DNA from: Tubiluchus corallicola
Lineage: Eukaryota; Animalia; Priapulida
Direction: 5' to 3'
Assembly (NCBI GenBank): GCA_030141605.1
Contig: JAQGDQ010000161.1
Location: 124,001 to 188,000, forward strand
DNA length: 64,000 nucleotides
The position numbers and the translations under genes were made by a program. Below, piece by piece: positions 24,301 to 39,300 of this stretch. Every line of letters starts with the position of its first letter. Within the stretch, counting starts at the first letter, position 1. The notes under the pieces were generated by a model. It saw nothing but the letters and a program-made list of their open reading frames with translations. It had not been told where the DNA came from and made no database searches.

Positions 24301-27300
24301 CGACGATCGACCAGTGGTGTTGTACCTGCATGGGAATGCTGGAACTAGGTATTTTTTCTTTCATTAGTAGTGCTAGGTTGTTGTCAGAAATCTTGAGTTG
24401 TTGGAAATATGACATAACAAATGTGACTGTAATTGTCAGAAAATTGTTTGCATAAAACCAAAAAATAACATATGGTATCTTGCACCTGAATTTATATATT
24501 TCTTATCCTTATCGTTAAACGTGGTCATATAAATTTATTTTCTTGGAAATATGTGGAGTCATACTAACTGCCACATAGGCTCTTTCAGTTGAGTTTATTT
24601 GTACTACTTTTCCCAGCCTCAACAAGTACTTTTTTCTTAAATGCATTATTCCAAGGCATAGATTGTATGGAACAACTGAGCCAGTAACCTGCAGCATTGA
24701 GATGCCTAGTCAGAATTTTACCAGTATTATTTTGCATATTTGCCAAATTTCAATTCACTTGTGTGTTGCTCACAGATTCTAGTTAAGCATATGCGACAAT
24801 TGAGCATTGATCATGTCTGTGATTGTATTTGTGATACTGTGTTTATATTTTAGAGCTGGTTGGCATAGAGTGCAGTTGTATAAAGTAATACAAGATATGG
24901 ATTATCATGTGATAACATTTGATTACCGAGGTAAGTGTAAAAACAAGGCAACAATGCAAGTACCATACTGAATAGCAGGTTCTGTAATAGTTTCGCATTC
25001 GAAAATGCATTTTTTATTTCTCGAGACTTTGAAGTCCTGGCGTTTGGATTTTTCCTTCAGCTATTTGCAGAACTCATATATTGTTTGATTTAAAATTAGT
25101 TAACATGCTGTTTTATATTCTGTAAATAAATAACTTGTTATAGTTAATTATAAGTGGATAAAACTGCTTATAAAACTAATAAAACTTAACCCTTTTTGAA
25201 TTTTTAGTTGCAAAGTGGTTTTTTACTGCAATGAATGTCTTGTCTGAATGTATTCTTTGTATTTTGCTTTTTATTTGTAAACAAATGTAGGTGATTTCAG
25301 ACTTGTTAATTCTGGAGACTTTTTCACACACACAGTTCTAGCTACTTGCTTCATCATCTCTAGTAACAAAACACAAAAGGCAACATTAATGCAACTCTTA
25401 CTTATTTCCAGTTGTTTTTTTAGCAAACAGCAGTCCAGTAATGTTCAACTATAAGTAAAATGAAATGAAAAAATGCAAAGAATGTATTATTCAGCAGCCC
25501 TCTTACACAAAAAAAAACACACAAAATTAGACATGGCAATATTTGACAAACCCGGGTAGAGAAATGATCAATCTTGAGAGATAAGTAGTGTTGTTTTGAC
25601 TAATTACTTCCGATCATGTCGGATACCACTAAACAAAATACTTTTAATTGAGTTTCATTGGATTTTAGCCATTGGGATTATAGGATATTGGGTCAGTATT
25701 AGTTATAGGTTATTTTAAAAGATAAAAGTCAAATATATTTTAATATTGCAAAAATTTTTAAAGTGAAAGTCATCAATCAAACCTTTGTATTATTCGTACC
25801 ACAACTCCTTGAAACTTGGAATGTGCAAAGTCAAACGAGTCCTTATTAATTGTCTAATAATCTGTTTCATTTGTATTTTTTGCAAATAATTTATCCGTTT
25901 TTGTCAAAGAGAGAATTTATGTAAATCTTTGCTTATCTTTGTAATGACTGATATGAAAAAACCAACAATCCATTCTTGACTTAAATCACTGATCAATTAT
26001 AAAGAGATTCAGTTATCGTATCAGTCCTAGAAAATGCGGTCAGATCAGAACAATGTTAGACAAAAGTGACTGAAGTTGTGGATTGAGTGTCCCTGTTCCT
26101 GTTCTTGTTCTTTATTTTGCATTTTTTCCATGGTTCATTTTAATGATGGGCTATAAAATGTCATGCTAACATGCACATCTTGCAAAATGTACATGGTCTA
26201 ATCAGCAAGCTGCGCTGTGAAGCATACAAAAATATCTTATTCATCTTTCATACACTAAATGTTCACCAGAAATAACCAATCAAACTAAAACAATTTACCA
26301 AGTTTCACTATAAAGTTGCACTGTAAAACTTACTGTAATTGTGAAAATTTCCTATAGGATACGGTGATTCATCTGGCTGGCCATCTGAAGATGGCTTGTG
26401 TCATGATGCAAAGTTTATATACAAACTTTTGAAGGAAAAAACGAAGCAGAGTAAACTTGTAATCTGGGGCCACTCCCTAGGGTCAGCGTAAGTAACTGTT
26501 TTATTGAGTAATCTTTGTGGTTTTGATTAGTTTATGATCTTGCACATAAGTTATCAGATGAGTCCAGTGCACTGTTTTATGCAATGTAACAGTTATTAAT
26601 AACACAGGAAGTATTGATATATATATATATATATTTGGTAAAACACAGTTCTCCAGAAGTCTTAAGCTTGAGCACAATAATTTTGCATTTGTGAAAAAAT
26701 TATATTTGTAAGATCAAGGTTATTTTACAATTGCTTTTGAAAGTACTGTGTACTGCATTCATATGTCGTTTTGTAATATTTTATTGACTACTTTTGTGAA
26801 ATTTTAGTGCCACCTTTTGAACAACTATTTTTGTAATTTGACTAGTCTATTCTGCTGCCTACCTTAAAATGCTAAAATATTATTTAAATGAAAAGAACAC
26901 ACACACACACACATATAACAGCATACCAATTAACAACACAGAATATATATTAAGCAATAATTGAAAAATACTGTTACAAAAACTATAACATTATAGTTAT
27001 TATTGGTAAATGACAAGTAATTTACACGTAGTTGCAAGAAAATCAGTAACAATTTCAAAACAATTGTGTGAAAAAGCATCTTTGTTGCAGCTATTATCAA
27101 ACTCTCATAAAGTTTTGACTGGATATAGTTATGTTTTATATTTGAATCGATGACGTACAAGTTACAAAAACCAAGTTCTGAGCAAGAGTCTCTTTTGTAT
27201 AGTTCAATGCTGCAGGTAAAATTTAGCAAGCAGTCTACTTGATGTAGATTGTGGTAGGACCGTGATCTAGCTGCTTATCAAATACAAGCCTCTAAATTGG

Positions 27301-30300
27301 CCCAGGTATTTTAACCATGTTTGGACATGTATACATCCCCCTTGTGCTTGAGAAACTACTGGAGGTGAGTATGGCACATAGAACCATCCTGAAGCAGAGT
27401 TGCTGGCCGTCAATCATCCACTTATTAACCAATCTGGCATTACTCAACTTTGTAGCCAAGCACACATCATGAGTGCTCAGCTTTTGCTATTGAATCTGAA
27501 AACAATCAAAATGTTCTTACACATTCTATGTTATACAGTTTCGGTAGTCAGGAGCTGTTATAGCTTGTTAAGCTTATTAGCTTAATGTAACATTTTTCTG
27601 TTTGACAACTGCTGTTTGACTAACATGCAACATACATACATTTGAAGAGAAGAAACATTAGAAAATTAAAACATTAAAACGATTGGCTAACAGGTTCAGG
27701 GGAACATACATTAATACCTCTCCACAAAAGGTTTTATCGTTCAATACAGTTTAACAAGAAAGTAATTTTTAAGCTTGTTTTATCTGGATTATCATTAAAA
27801 GGGGAAAAACATGGAATATGGGTGAATGTCGAGGATGAATAATGAAGGTGATGGGTGGTGATGCAAAGCGAGGTGCCTAGAGTATTTAATAACTTATAAG
27901 AAGGTATAGGAGACAACCTATATGAGGTATAGCAGACAATGTGCATTGTGTGTATTAAATGGGTATTAGCGTAGTATGATAGGAACTAAAAAAAGCAGCA
28001 ACAATATATAATTTAAAATTGAATTGCTGCACAAATACGCAATACTTTTTTAAACTTACTTGGACCATTAATGAGATTACATATCATAACTTACGAGTTT
28101 TAAAACAGCATAGGCACGTGATGTCAAAATGTGCTTTTCCTTCCACTAGGTGTCTCTACACTGCTATCCTTGAGAGTATTCACAGGATTACCTATTGTTT
28201 TAACAAATCTAGGTTTGTTTTGCTCAGCTAATGAGTCAAAGTAAACATAATACTGCATAAAAAGTTGCGTCAATAGTTATTGTTTACCCTTCCGTATTTA
28301 CAAGTAAATAAGCTGTATTGACTGTTAACAGGAAAGCAAAGTTCATCTGTTATTTTGTTCACAAATATAAAATTGTTTTTTCCAGGTTGCTTGTTTTACT
28401 GTCGAACAAATACCAAACTAAAATGCAAATTTTTCCGTAACATGATTTTTAGTTAATGGTTTGTAAAATAATAAATTTATAATGAACTTGTTTGATTTAT
28501 GATCAATTGAAAGCAGCTTAACCATGAAATTTAAATAACACACTTTGGTTTTTTCAACATTTACGGTTTGTAAATTAGGTATGTTTTCAATGTATATATA
28601 TATAAACTCATTTTCAGTGTATGTATATATAAGTATGTGTGTAAGTTATGTATATATGTTTGCATTTTTATTTTTATGAATTAATGTATGACTTTGATTA
28701 ATTGCCACTAGTACAATGTTAATGTTACTAACATTTAAATAGAGGTGACTGACTGCGTGACCGTATAGTGACTATAGTCTTTCGTCACTTCTGCTCATAT
28801 TTATCTGTACCATATGCACTAACACCTTAACTACTGTATTAAGTTTATGAAGCTAAATAAATTTACTCTTACTATTACTAATAGGCCACCTGTAGTTTAT
28901 TAAGTTTCTGGCTAAAATAAGTCTTTTTAAAATTAGTGTAGATGAATATGTTTATGGCATGCAAGTGCCTAAGTGACTAGATGGAGTTTAATACGTGATT
29001 TAATTCTACCTGATTTTTTTAAAGACTCTGACACTTTGACTTAAAGTAGAGCTTCACAATAAACAGTTTTGTTGTTTTGACTAGTATCAATCACTTTTAT
29101 TGTTGGATTTTGTTTAGGACTTATACTTGTGGCTAATAAGCAAGGCAAATATTTTAACATTTATGAATTATTTATTTTTACATTTAATTTTTTTGTCATT
29201 ATACTTGTATAATTACATACTATCTGATTATACTCTATGCTGCCAGATCTAATGCCAGGTGTCCTCATTTTTTAACTTAACAACAGGCACATTACCTGTA
29301 GTTTGCCTAAGTTTTTATTGCTTAAGAGCCACGCCACGCCACACTAGCAATGTGTAAATTAATAATATTTTCTGCAAATATGACAACCTGATTGTGGTAA
29401 GTCATGTAGCCAAATGGCTTTTGTGCAGGTATGATAAGAGAATTAAGTCTTTTCTTCACTTTGCTTAGTTTGTTTAAGATCGTAATGAGATTTGAAGTGA
29501 GTAAACATTTAGAAAGCAGACCCAGAACTATGAGTTAATATCCCTTTGATCGAAGAAACTTGAGTGAACTAGGAAATAATTGGAGTAGTATGACACAGTA
29601 GCATGATTAACCCACCAATATGATTGATTATAATCGTAAGGAGGTGTTGCTGTATGGTATAATTTTTTATTCAAATAAAATATAATGAACATAAAAAGGT
29701 AGTACCTTTTATAGTCTCAATGATTATATATTATTTCAGAAGCTTTCACCCCAGCGGGTATCATCAACTGAACAGATTGTGCTACTAACCCGAGAGAGTT
29801 AGCATGTTAGCAAGATTCAGCTGATGATGCCCGCTAGGGTGGAAGCTTCTGAAATAATATATAATCATTGAGACTATAAAAGGCGTTACATTTTTTATGT
29901 TAAAGATGACAAGTCACAGGAGAGCTCTTTCATATTTTAAAATATAAAGATGTTTGTACAGCTTAGTAGTTCTGTACAAGGAAAGTTTAACTTCTGGTTA
30001 GTCAAAACAATCGCATAGTTGAGAAACGATCAAGAAAAGTGTCCCCCCTGTTTCTTAATTGTCGATTTTTTTTCATTAATTTTCAATATTCTTGTCTTTA
30101 AAAATTAAATTTGCTTTTTTGAGCTATTAAGTTTCAATTTATTTGTATTATAAGATTGTATCTATGAGCTTTGTTTTGGGGTAGCTATGAGGTAGATCCA
30201 CTAATACATGTATTCTAAGCTGCTGATTCAATCTTGGCATTAGAGCATTGGGAACACTGTGGTTTAGCTAAAGTATTTTATACGCATCATTTATTCCACA

Positions 30301-33300
30301 TCAGTGGTTGCTGCTGGTCTTGTGGGACCGTAAATGTGAGTGAAATGTAATGGAAGGCTTTTGGACTAAATAAGACGGCTTTCATTGCATCACGACTTCA
30401 AAGCAACAGTTTCCTCTCACAAAGCTTTACAAAGACAATAAAATTATGCGGTTTTATTTCAGTTATTGGAGTCAGAGTTGCAGTAAAATAATGTAATCTT
30501 ATCTTAGCAAGCTAGCATGTAGAAAATTTGCGTAAAAACTATCAAGTATTAAATGTGTTAAGCGACTACATTTAATTTGTTTGATAAAGAATAGTTGAGT
30601 AGTCATGGTTGCGATAGGTAAGCAGCAACTCGTGTGGTTAGAAAAAGGTTAAAGTAACCACTGAAAAAAACAGTTTCTGTGCGTTTATGCCTGTCATACT
30701 GACTGCAATTATATTCTTAGTGAGGCAGGATATATATACAGAACTGTCGAAATCTTGTCTTGAGTTTGAATTCAGTAAAACTTATCTTACAAAATATTGA
30801 TATAATATTCTAAAATTACCATCTTTCCTTTCGTTCCTGCTGTTAGCGGGGAAAGTGTTATGATGGCTTTATACTTATGGTAGTTATTTGCATTATTAAG
30901 ACAGTTTATTACGTGTTAAAATAGTTGTCAACTGCTTCACAAATCCATCCTGCTAACATGAACTGATAGAGACTCCTAACTTAGCAATCATGTTATCTGG
31001 TGCTAAGAGCATTTAATGCGTCTGATAAAAAGTAAAAAGAAGCCATTAAACTTTTCTGATAACGTGTTTACTGCCTGCTATTGAGCAGATACTTTAAATT
31101 TGATAAAAGTGGAATGTCATCGTTCTTTAATCTGCACGCAACGTAAATTACAAAAGCGGCTGCGAACAGGGATAACAATATAAACCATTAAATGCAACCT
31201 TACAATTCTTGTTTGTATTAATTAGAATCTTTAGTCACACTACACAGGTATCAATTGAAAATAAACCCAGTTCTTCGTGAAGTGTCGGTTTTTTACCCAC
31301 TGCGTTGAGAATGGCCCCGTTTGCAGTAGAAAGAGGAACAATTAGCACAGATCTTTGAATAAACTAACACCGACACGTCTCATTAAGCAAAATAATTACT
31401 CGAGTGTTTTCAGTGTTTTTGTGTAATTACGAGACCCTGATGTTCTAGTGCAAAAATATTAATGAAGGGTAATGTATACTTACAGTTTATGCACCACTGC
31501 CCAAGCTGAGTCACTGCAAACTGCATTGCATTGTGGGTAATGTTGCATATCTCTTACAGTTTTAGAGAAAAACTGTCGCATCGTGTATAATTAATTATAC
31601 AGTAGTAATTATTAGTACAACTAGTAGAGTTTGATAGAAAACGTGGCATTACTATTTTGCAATCTAATCGAATTAAAGTGCTAACATGTTAAAATAGAAA
31701 ACACGAGAAATTAGTTAGTTTTAGTATTAAATGGAGTATTTATGTTTAATCTGATTACTCCCTTGATATTTAATTGTGTAATTTTAATCTCCTGCTCTCA
31801 ATCAAGTTTTTAAAAATGACTAGAATTGAATAAACTGAATAGTAGGCCTACTAATTAAAATACGTGTTTGAAGACAAAGGCTAAATGCCACGCTTGTTGC
31901 GCAAATGGAAATTTTTGATCGTCTGAGCAAGTTGATTTGGGCGTTAAATCAGCAAATTGTGTGTCAACGTCTCGGTTTTGATATAAACCTTGAACACTGA
32001 TTTTGTTTTACAAAAAGTAGAATCCTGGGCACTGGGACATTGTCGCTAAATTACCCCAGTCAGTAATCCTTTTTATGCGCTAAACTAAGGCTACGACTCA
32101 TTTTTGTTCTTTCTAGTCCACTTTTAACACCTCTAATAGCTTAGATCACTTGTGCACCAATTTACAGCAATTTACAGTAAATTTACAATTTACAGCCCAC
32201 TCACTATGTCATGATAAGTGTTGTATCTGGGTATCTGGTCACCTATCCGTTAAAAATGCTTGATCGGATTCTTCAGAGCTAACACCCCCCCCCCCTCTTA
32301 TTGCATCTTGCCCTGCATCCAGTATGTTTTGCGGATATGTGGTTTATCTGAAACCACACAGAGCATGTAATCACAGAACTCTCATTGTGAGCGTTTACAC
32401 TAGATCTGGATTTAAAAAAGCAAGAACGGGTCATAAACTTTTTGCGTATAACTATCCTTCACTAACCTGGATTGTAAAAATTATCTTTATTTTTATGTTT
32501 GTGCTTATTTAATTATACTTTACTGTTTTTACGATAATAGATAGTTCTGACCAAGTTCTTGTTAGAGTGGATTACTATAACATTTTTCTCTCATTTTCAT
32601 CAGTTTTTGTTTTATTTACAGCGTTGCCACGAGGGTTTCCAAGGAGTTGTGTGAAGAAGGTGAGTAGTGTGTGCGCGCAGACTTTGATAGCTCCTTCATA
32701 AACTGTCTTTATTTATCAATGACTGTCATGCAAAAAGTGAGTGTGGACGATATCAGTCCAAATCTTTATACACAACTGAAGTTACCTCATATGACTTTCA
32801 GACTCACCTTTTTGGCTTTTTTTCATAAAAATATGTAAAGGTTCATACAGCTTACTGTTATAATTACCATTGGTGTCATTGTTGTCATTATTGCCACTAA
32901 TATCCCGCTGTTGTTGTTAGTTTTCGTGAGTTCAAAAGATTCTTATACAACTGAACTTTGGAATTAAACTTTGCAAACATTTTTGATGTTGACGCCCAGT
33001 CGCCCAAAAACTAAATTTGAATTTGACTTACAATTTATTCCGTATTGTAATATAGTAGCTAGCCATTACATATCTTGCTTCATTCATACATTTCATATCT
33101 TGCTTAGTAAATACACTTGTTATACGGTTGTGTATTCTGTAGACTGCGTATTAGATACGTTACTGTGACATCTCGACTTACTAAAACATGTGCCAACAAG
33201 CCACTTTAAACGCAGTCTCGTCAATGATTTACATTGATTTCACTTATGTTTAGAATTATTTGCACCATCAAGATTTACTTTTAAGCAACCCGCCACATCC

Positions 33301-36300
33301 ATGGTTACTTTTGAAGAACTATAAAAATGTGATTGGCGCCACAGTTTAAATATAAACAATTTCATTGTTTATTCTTGGTAAACATATGGTTACATACCTT
33401 CCATCTTATTATGTGCAACTATGTACGTGTGCAATTTAGGCCAAAACACATTTTTATTTAAGGGGGAAGAAAAGAGAATTTTAAAGTATGTCCCAAAAAA
33501 ACTCTCCACACAAAGTTATGTTACTTGGCATAACACTTACCTGCTTGAAAGACTTACTTAACTAGAAAAGAAAATTTTAACAATTTAAAATATTTGCGCT
33601 ATTTGATAAAATGTCGCTGACTCAACTTCCCAGCCTGGGAAACAGATAACCTATTTTTAATCTTATTGATAAGATACAGTAATTTAAAATTTTAAATAGT
33701 TAAATTAACAAAATGCGCTAGAGAGTTGAGATTATTTTTTAAAACTTTATGCAATGTTATCTAAACTTGTTTCAAATGTTATGCAATGTTATCTAAAGTC
33801 CTGCCCCTAACAGTTACCACAGAACTTTAAATTTGCAAGCTTTGTATATAGTGTGGCTCCCAACGCAAGCCCTGTATGCATTAAGACAGCATGTAAATGG
33901 CATAAAATTCAAGGCGATTTTTATAAAGTTTATGCAACTGAAGAATTTACTTGTGCTTTAAAATCTGCTGATGTACAGCCATCGTATGTTATTTTACATT
34001 CCTGAATTCTTTTGTCTTCTACTTTAAAAACTTCAATGGAAAAGACAAGGAACAATCGAGGTTAACTAAGCAGCGTTATTATAAAAGTTAAACTTAAATT
34101 TTCAAGTTCTGCACAAGTTTGGAGTTCGAATTTTATTACTTGCGATCACTGTCCTTTCTCACGCTTTTACTTCCTCATAACATATCAAAATTACGTAATA
34201 TTTACCTGCAATCTTACCTATGCACCGTGTGTTATCAACCTGTATACCCGTATTATTACCCTTATTATCTACCTGTGCGGCAAGGTTTAACCCTTTCTCG
34301 CTTAAATGTGTTTACCTAACGGTTGTTATATCCCAACTTGATGTTGTTCAGTTGCTGAACCTGTATGAAATAAGATGATATTTACACAAATAATTACTAC
34401 AGGTTCAAGACTGATAACAATTATTTACCTGGATGAGAATCGTTAGTATTACGGCGGCATCCTTTGTTCTTGGGTTAATTACATTGTCGCCTTTTGTCGG
34501 CATGTTTGTAACACCCGTGTAGTTTATAATCACGTAAATATTATCAACTACTGTCCAGTGTCCATTGTCCAGTGTACTGTACCACACTGTTAAGAGATCA
34601 TCATGAAATGCTTTGATGCTAGAGAGAATAAATAAATTAGAAAAAAGTTACTGACAAATACTTACGACGTACTTCTTAGGCTGTCTTCTGCGAGAAAATG
34701 TGAAGAAAAATTATTTTTGTTTGAATTTGAATGAAAACTTCTATAGTAGTTAATTTTTGTGGCTAAACGGCTAAGTAGCAATCTGTTTCCTCTCCTGTTG
34801 TTACGGACTTTGTTAGCACCATTACCGGTGCCATTACCGTATCATACTTTCTGAATCCTATCAAATATATTAAAGATGGACTATATTAAAGATTTATTAA
34901 AAAGTCTTGTAACCCAAAGGCTAAATTACATTACATTAATTAAGATACACTGATGTTTAAAATTACAATTAAATTACGTTGCATTAAAACGACATTGCAT
35001 AACATTAATTAAGATAGACTGAAGTTTAAATTACATTACATTACATTTAAAAGACAATAATTCACGTTAAGATGAATCTAATAAAAATTCATTATAATAT
35101 CTCGTGTCACATGCAGTAGTAATGAACTTACTGATAATTAAAAAGTGCATATGGTATAAAACTACTAGAAACTTTCAAGTACGGCAAGGAGGTAAAGGGT
35201 GCATCAGTTGTTTACCAATATTGTGCATACGGGGGTTGTATTTAGGTAATGAATAATGGAAATTACTGTCTTGATTTTGGATTGACTTCAAAAAAATTTC
35301 TGCAAATGTCATTTCTGCATACAGATAAATATTCAATTTTTGATAGCTGCAAAACATTTACGTAAGGTGTGCAAGGGAAAATTAACTTCAAAATACGTTT
35401 TTTAATTGACTCTAGTAACTTTGTCTGTTCTAATGCTAACGAAGTGACATGCAGGACAAGCGTATTTCAGTATTGGTCTTATTAAAGTACAATAAATAGT
35501 AATCATATTTTTTGGAGAAATAACTCCTCTCTTTAAAAGTGTTATTAAGTAAATACGTTTGCAGGTTTTTTGTGTATGAGAAACTAGCTAACAGAAATTT
35601 GCTATCAAAAATTTGCACAGAAATTTTCTAACTAATTTTCTCTTTCGATGGCTGACGCATACCGTTTAGAGTTTCGATTTTATTATCATTATTATTTTGT
35701 ATGTTGAAAGTACCAGTCAGTATCAGCAGTCACATAACAATGGAAATTTAGGAAAGGATAATTTATCACCTGTTATAATTTTTTATTTCTAGTGATGTGC
35801 ATACTGTACTTAAGCGCGTGCGGGTGCAATGCGTGATGGTATTACCTACTCTCAAACAATTTTTTCTGCATTATACAGTTGCGTTGAACTTTACATTGGG
35901 TGCTAATTTCTAATTCAAATCGAGTTTCGTGCCTATTTATTCTGAGTGTCAAATAGAAATGCGTGTGAAATTCATATAATCACCATAGCAACGAAGCTTA
36001 ACATGAGGAAATCCAACCCCCGTTTTGATGGTATTGTTGTTCATCTGATTGGTCCATTGTTCCTTAGAGTTTAAGTTACGAAAACACATTTGTAATAATT
36101 TATGAACTGCTGTAAGTCCAGTAAACTCAGCATAGTACACACTAGCTAAATCAAACGAGCAAAAAATTGACTTTTATTAGAGCTTTTACACACGCTGATT
36201 AGTTTATACCGCCCATAAATCTGATTTTATTGTGTAAATCTCGTTTATTTTATGCAGCGATTTAATTTCTGGGGCTGAGCAGCTCACCAGTGGTAATTAG

Positions 36301-39300
36301 AGGAAACGTGATTGAATCCCTGAACACAGTAACTATTGTGCGGTTCGCGTGGTAATCAGTTTTATTGATTTCCTATACGCATGAGTTTATTTGATTCGTC
36401 CAGTCGTTAGTATTCTCTGACTTTCCTGCTTTAAATTATGGCGATTGTATTTCTTGGGTTTTCGTGTTGGCTTGAGTCGTAGCACATGTATATATGCATT
36501 AGTTAGAAGTTCTGAGTATTTTAATCATGATCAGGGTCGGATTATGACCTGTTGGGACCCCTAGGCTAATGAAATTTGGAGGCACCATCTCACTCGTCCG
36601 TACTCGCCTTGAATATGTTTTACTAGTGATATATTTTTACGATATTTATGCAGTTTGAAGTAAACGCATTGCAAATTCTTTAAATAAACTAGAATAGCTA
36701 TATTTTGTTTGTCAATAAAAATATCCTTTAACAAATACCACAATTTTACTATTTATTGCACACGAAATTAACACATTTCAACACAGCCGTAGTGAAAAAA
36801 CAGTTTTTTTTACCAAATGTTACGAAAGCTTAAGGGGCCCTAGGCTGCAGCCTGTACTAGCCTATAGGATAGTCCGGCCCTGGTCATGACTGAATTTTGT
36901 CCCAGTTTAGTAAATTGTGTATTGAAGCTTAGTGTGCAGATAAAATATACATTGCAGTAACTTAGCAAGGAATATCTATTGCCTTTAATAAACGTGCGAA
37001 AGTAGTACTAAACAAAAAATCTGAACAATTTTTGCATCTACTCGAACCTACCTTTTGGCTTCACAGCTGTCAATTGTTCATTAGTTAAGGTAGTATTATC
37101 TGCAGGCCCTAAAATTATGAAGATTCTTGAAGCTCCGGTTAAATATTTTGATGGTCATTAACAAATGAGTAATTAGTAAATTACTGGAAGTGACTCGGTA
37201 CTGACAAACGTGAAATTGAAATGTTAACAATCGAAAATACGTCTTAAGACTTAAATTAATCCTATGGGCCGTGGTTCATTTCCAAAATAGCATGATTTGA
37301 GATAAGACGTTGTGTGGCGTGTGCTGCTGTTCCTGCTGTTCCCAATAATGAGTTATATCGTTCCACTTTGGTTTACGTAGACACTTTTTTAACATTAATA
37401 TACATTATCAGCATATGTATAATAATTTTCTCGTGTGTCCTACCTAATCAATTCTTATTCTTGGAACATGTAAGTCTGCCACCTCACAGATAAACAAAAT
37501 AGTAAGTTACACCACTGAGGTGGTAAAAAAGATGGCCTGTTCCTTGATTTCAACCCATTACCCAGCTTTAATGCATTGGTGCTTTAATTAGTTTTTGAAA
37601 GAGGATGTTAGCCACAGTCATTAATTTTTTAACGAAGCTATGTTGTTCTTATTTAGGAGCCTGTCCCGATAAACTTGTTTTAGAGGCGCCTTTCAATAAT
37701 GTGATAGATGTAGCTACCAATCACCCTCTGTCCACAGTAAGTATTAGTCTTGCTTGGCTTTTTTGTACATTGTTTATATTTTGCTCAACTAAAAACATCT
37801 CTCTGTTTTCTTTTTTAAAATTCAAAGTCATAACTGTGCAAGTAAAGTATTTTTCGTATATACAAATAAAATTCAGAAGCTTTTAAATACATTTAATTCG
37901 AATTACAAGTCAGTTTAAATATTGAAATTTGTGTTTTAGCCATACAGGATGTTGCCAAATTTTCAGACATTGTTTGTTGACCCCGTGCTTCGCCATGGAG
38001 TCAAATTTAACACGGAAGAACGGTAAAGTTTTATTTTAAAGTTTCTACCATTCGTTTGTAACGTCGGTCTTTATATACTTGTAACTGTGTAGGCTAAATT
38101 TTGTTATCACTGGTTATCTTGTAATTAAACACTGACATTGAAAAAATATAATTGATTAAATCGATATTTTTATTGGTAGTTTAGCAAGGAATTAATTTGG
38201 TTTGATGTGAAGTTACAATGCTAAAACTGATGAAAACATTTGGCATCATGTTTGATAAATATGTCATTGCTAGTTGTAGTTGCTCATAATATCAATTGAA
38301 TTTTAACATTTTTTTTAAATTTGAAGTTTGCAGGTTTTGTTTAATTGAACATATCTTTTAGAATAAAAAGTGTTTCCTCGCCCATCTTGATTCTACATGC
38401 GAAAGATGATAAGATTGTGCCAATTCCTCTTGGAGAAAAGGTACTTCATTACTTAAATATCTATTTAGATGCCACTGTCTATAATAAATGAGTTTCTTAT
38501 TTTATTTTGATATTATGTGGAAATAGTTTCACCCTGACTGCAATTCACATTTTGTTTGCAAAGTGTATTGAGTTGGTTTACTTTTAAGCATTTTAAAATT
38601 TTTGAGAAACAACATAGAACCTAAATAGATTTTTTTAAATTTGTGCATCTTGCTTCCCCAATATGTAAAGAGTTAAAATATTGCATGCATTTTATAATTT
38701 AATTTGTCAGGTGTACACCGCAGCATCCACGGATCGTGATAAACGCTTTGGGCAGGTAAAATTTGTAGTGTTTGAAGAAGGGCACAGGTATGGACACAAG
38801 CACATCCATGCAGCTCCAGAATTACCAGACATTGTTAGGTAAGAACAATTGAGAACTGATATTATTAATGTTAGCTGCAGTATAAAATATATATATATGC
38901 ATTCAGGGATTTAATCTTGCTACTGTTTCTCAGTTATTAACTTCTAATAAAGCACTGTTCAGTTTTTACCCAAATTTGTTCCATAAGATAGCACTTTGTG
39001 ATGGTTACGATGCATGGAGAGATTGTGCTTTTACACTGTTCGAAGATTTGCTCCTCTATTGTACTATTAAATCAGGTATTCATAACAGTGAAGCAGCAAA
39101 AAATGCTTGCTTTTCTTCAGCGCAAGAATGTATCAACCAGCAAGAAGTTAAGTCTTAACGTAAGACTTCGATTATTTAATGCATACGTTACCAGCATACT
39201 TATGTACAATAGTGAAACACGGGATTTAACAATTACTTAAGATTGACATGTTTCATAGAAGTCTTCGAAGGAAAGTTTTAAAGATAAGATGGCTGTACAT

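Larger units (their letters stand above)
29686..29937. mobile_element. Penelope-like element remnant: inverted pseudo-LTR pair with 3' tail
   Basis: Inverted arms ~29688-29772 and 29816-29901, a 36-nt unpaired tail 29902-29937, a 10-bp direct repeat TAAAATATAA at 29676-29685 and 29938-29947, and a hammerhead motif in each arm. Confidence 0.75.

Noticed and set aside
32808-33561. Possible nested antisense gene: 21-nt minus-strand microexon 33541-33561 and ATG-bearing exon with donor at 32807
   Set aside because: The splice signals look good, but the downstream minus-strand acceptors tried (30661, 31022) hit stops quickly and no protein similarity was seen. A non-coding antisense RNA cannot be excluded without RNA data.
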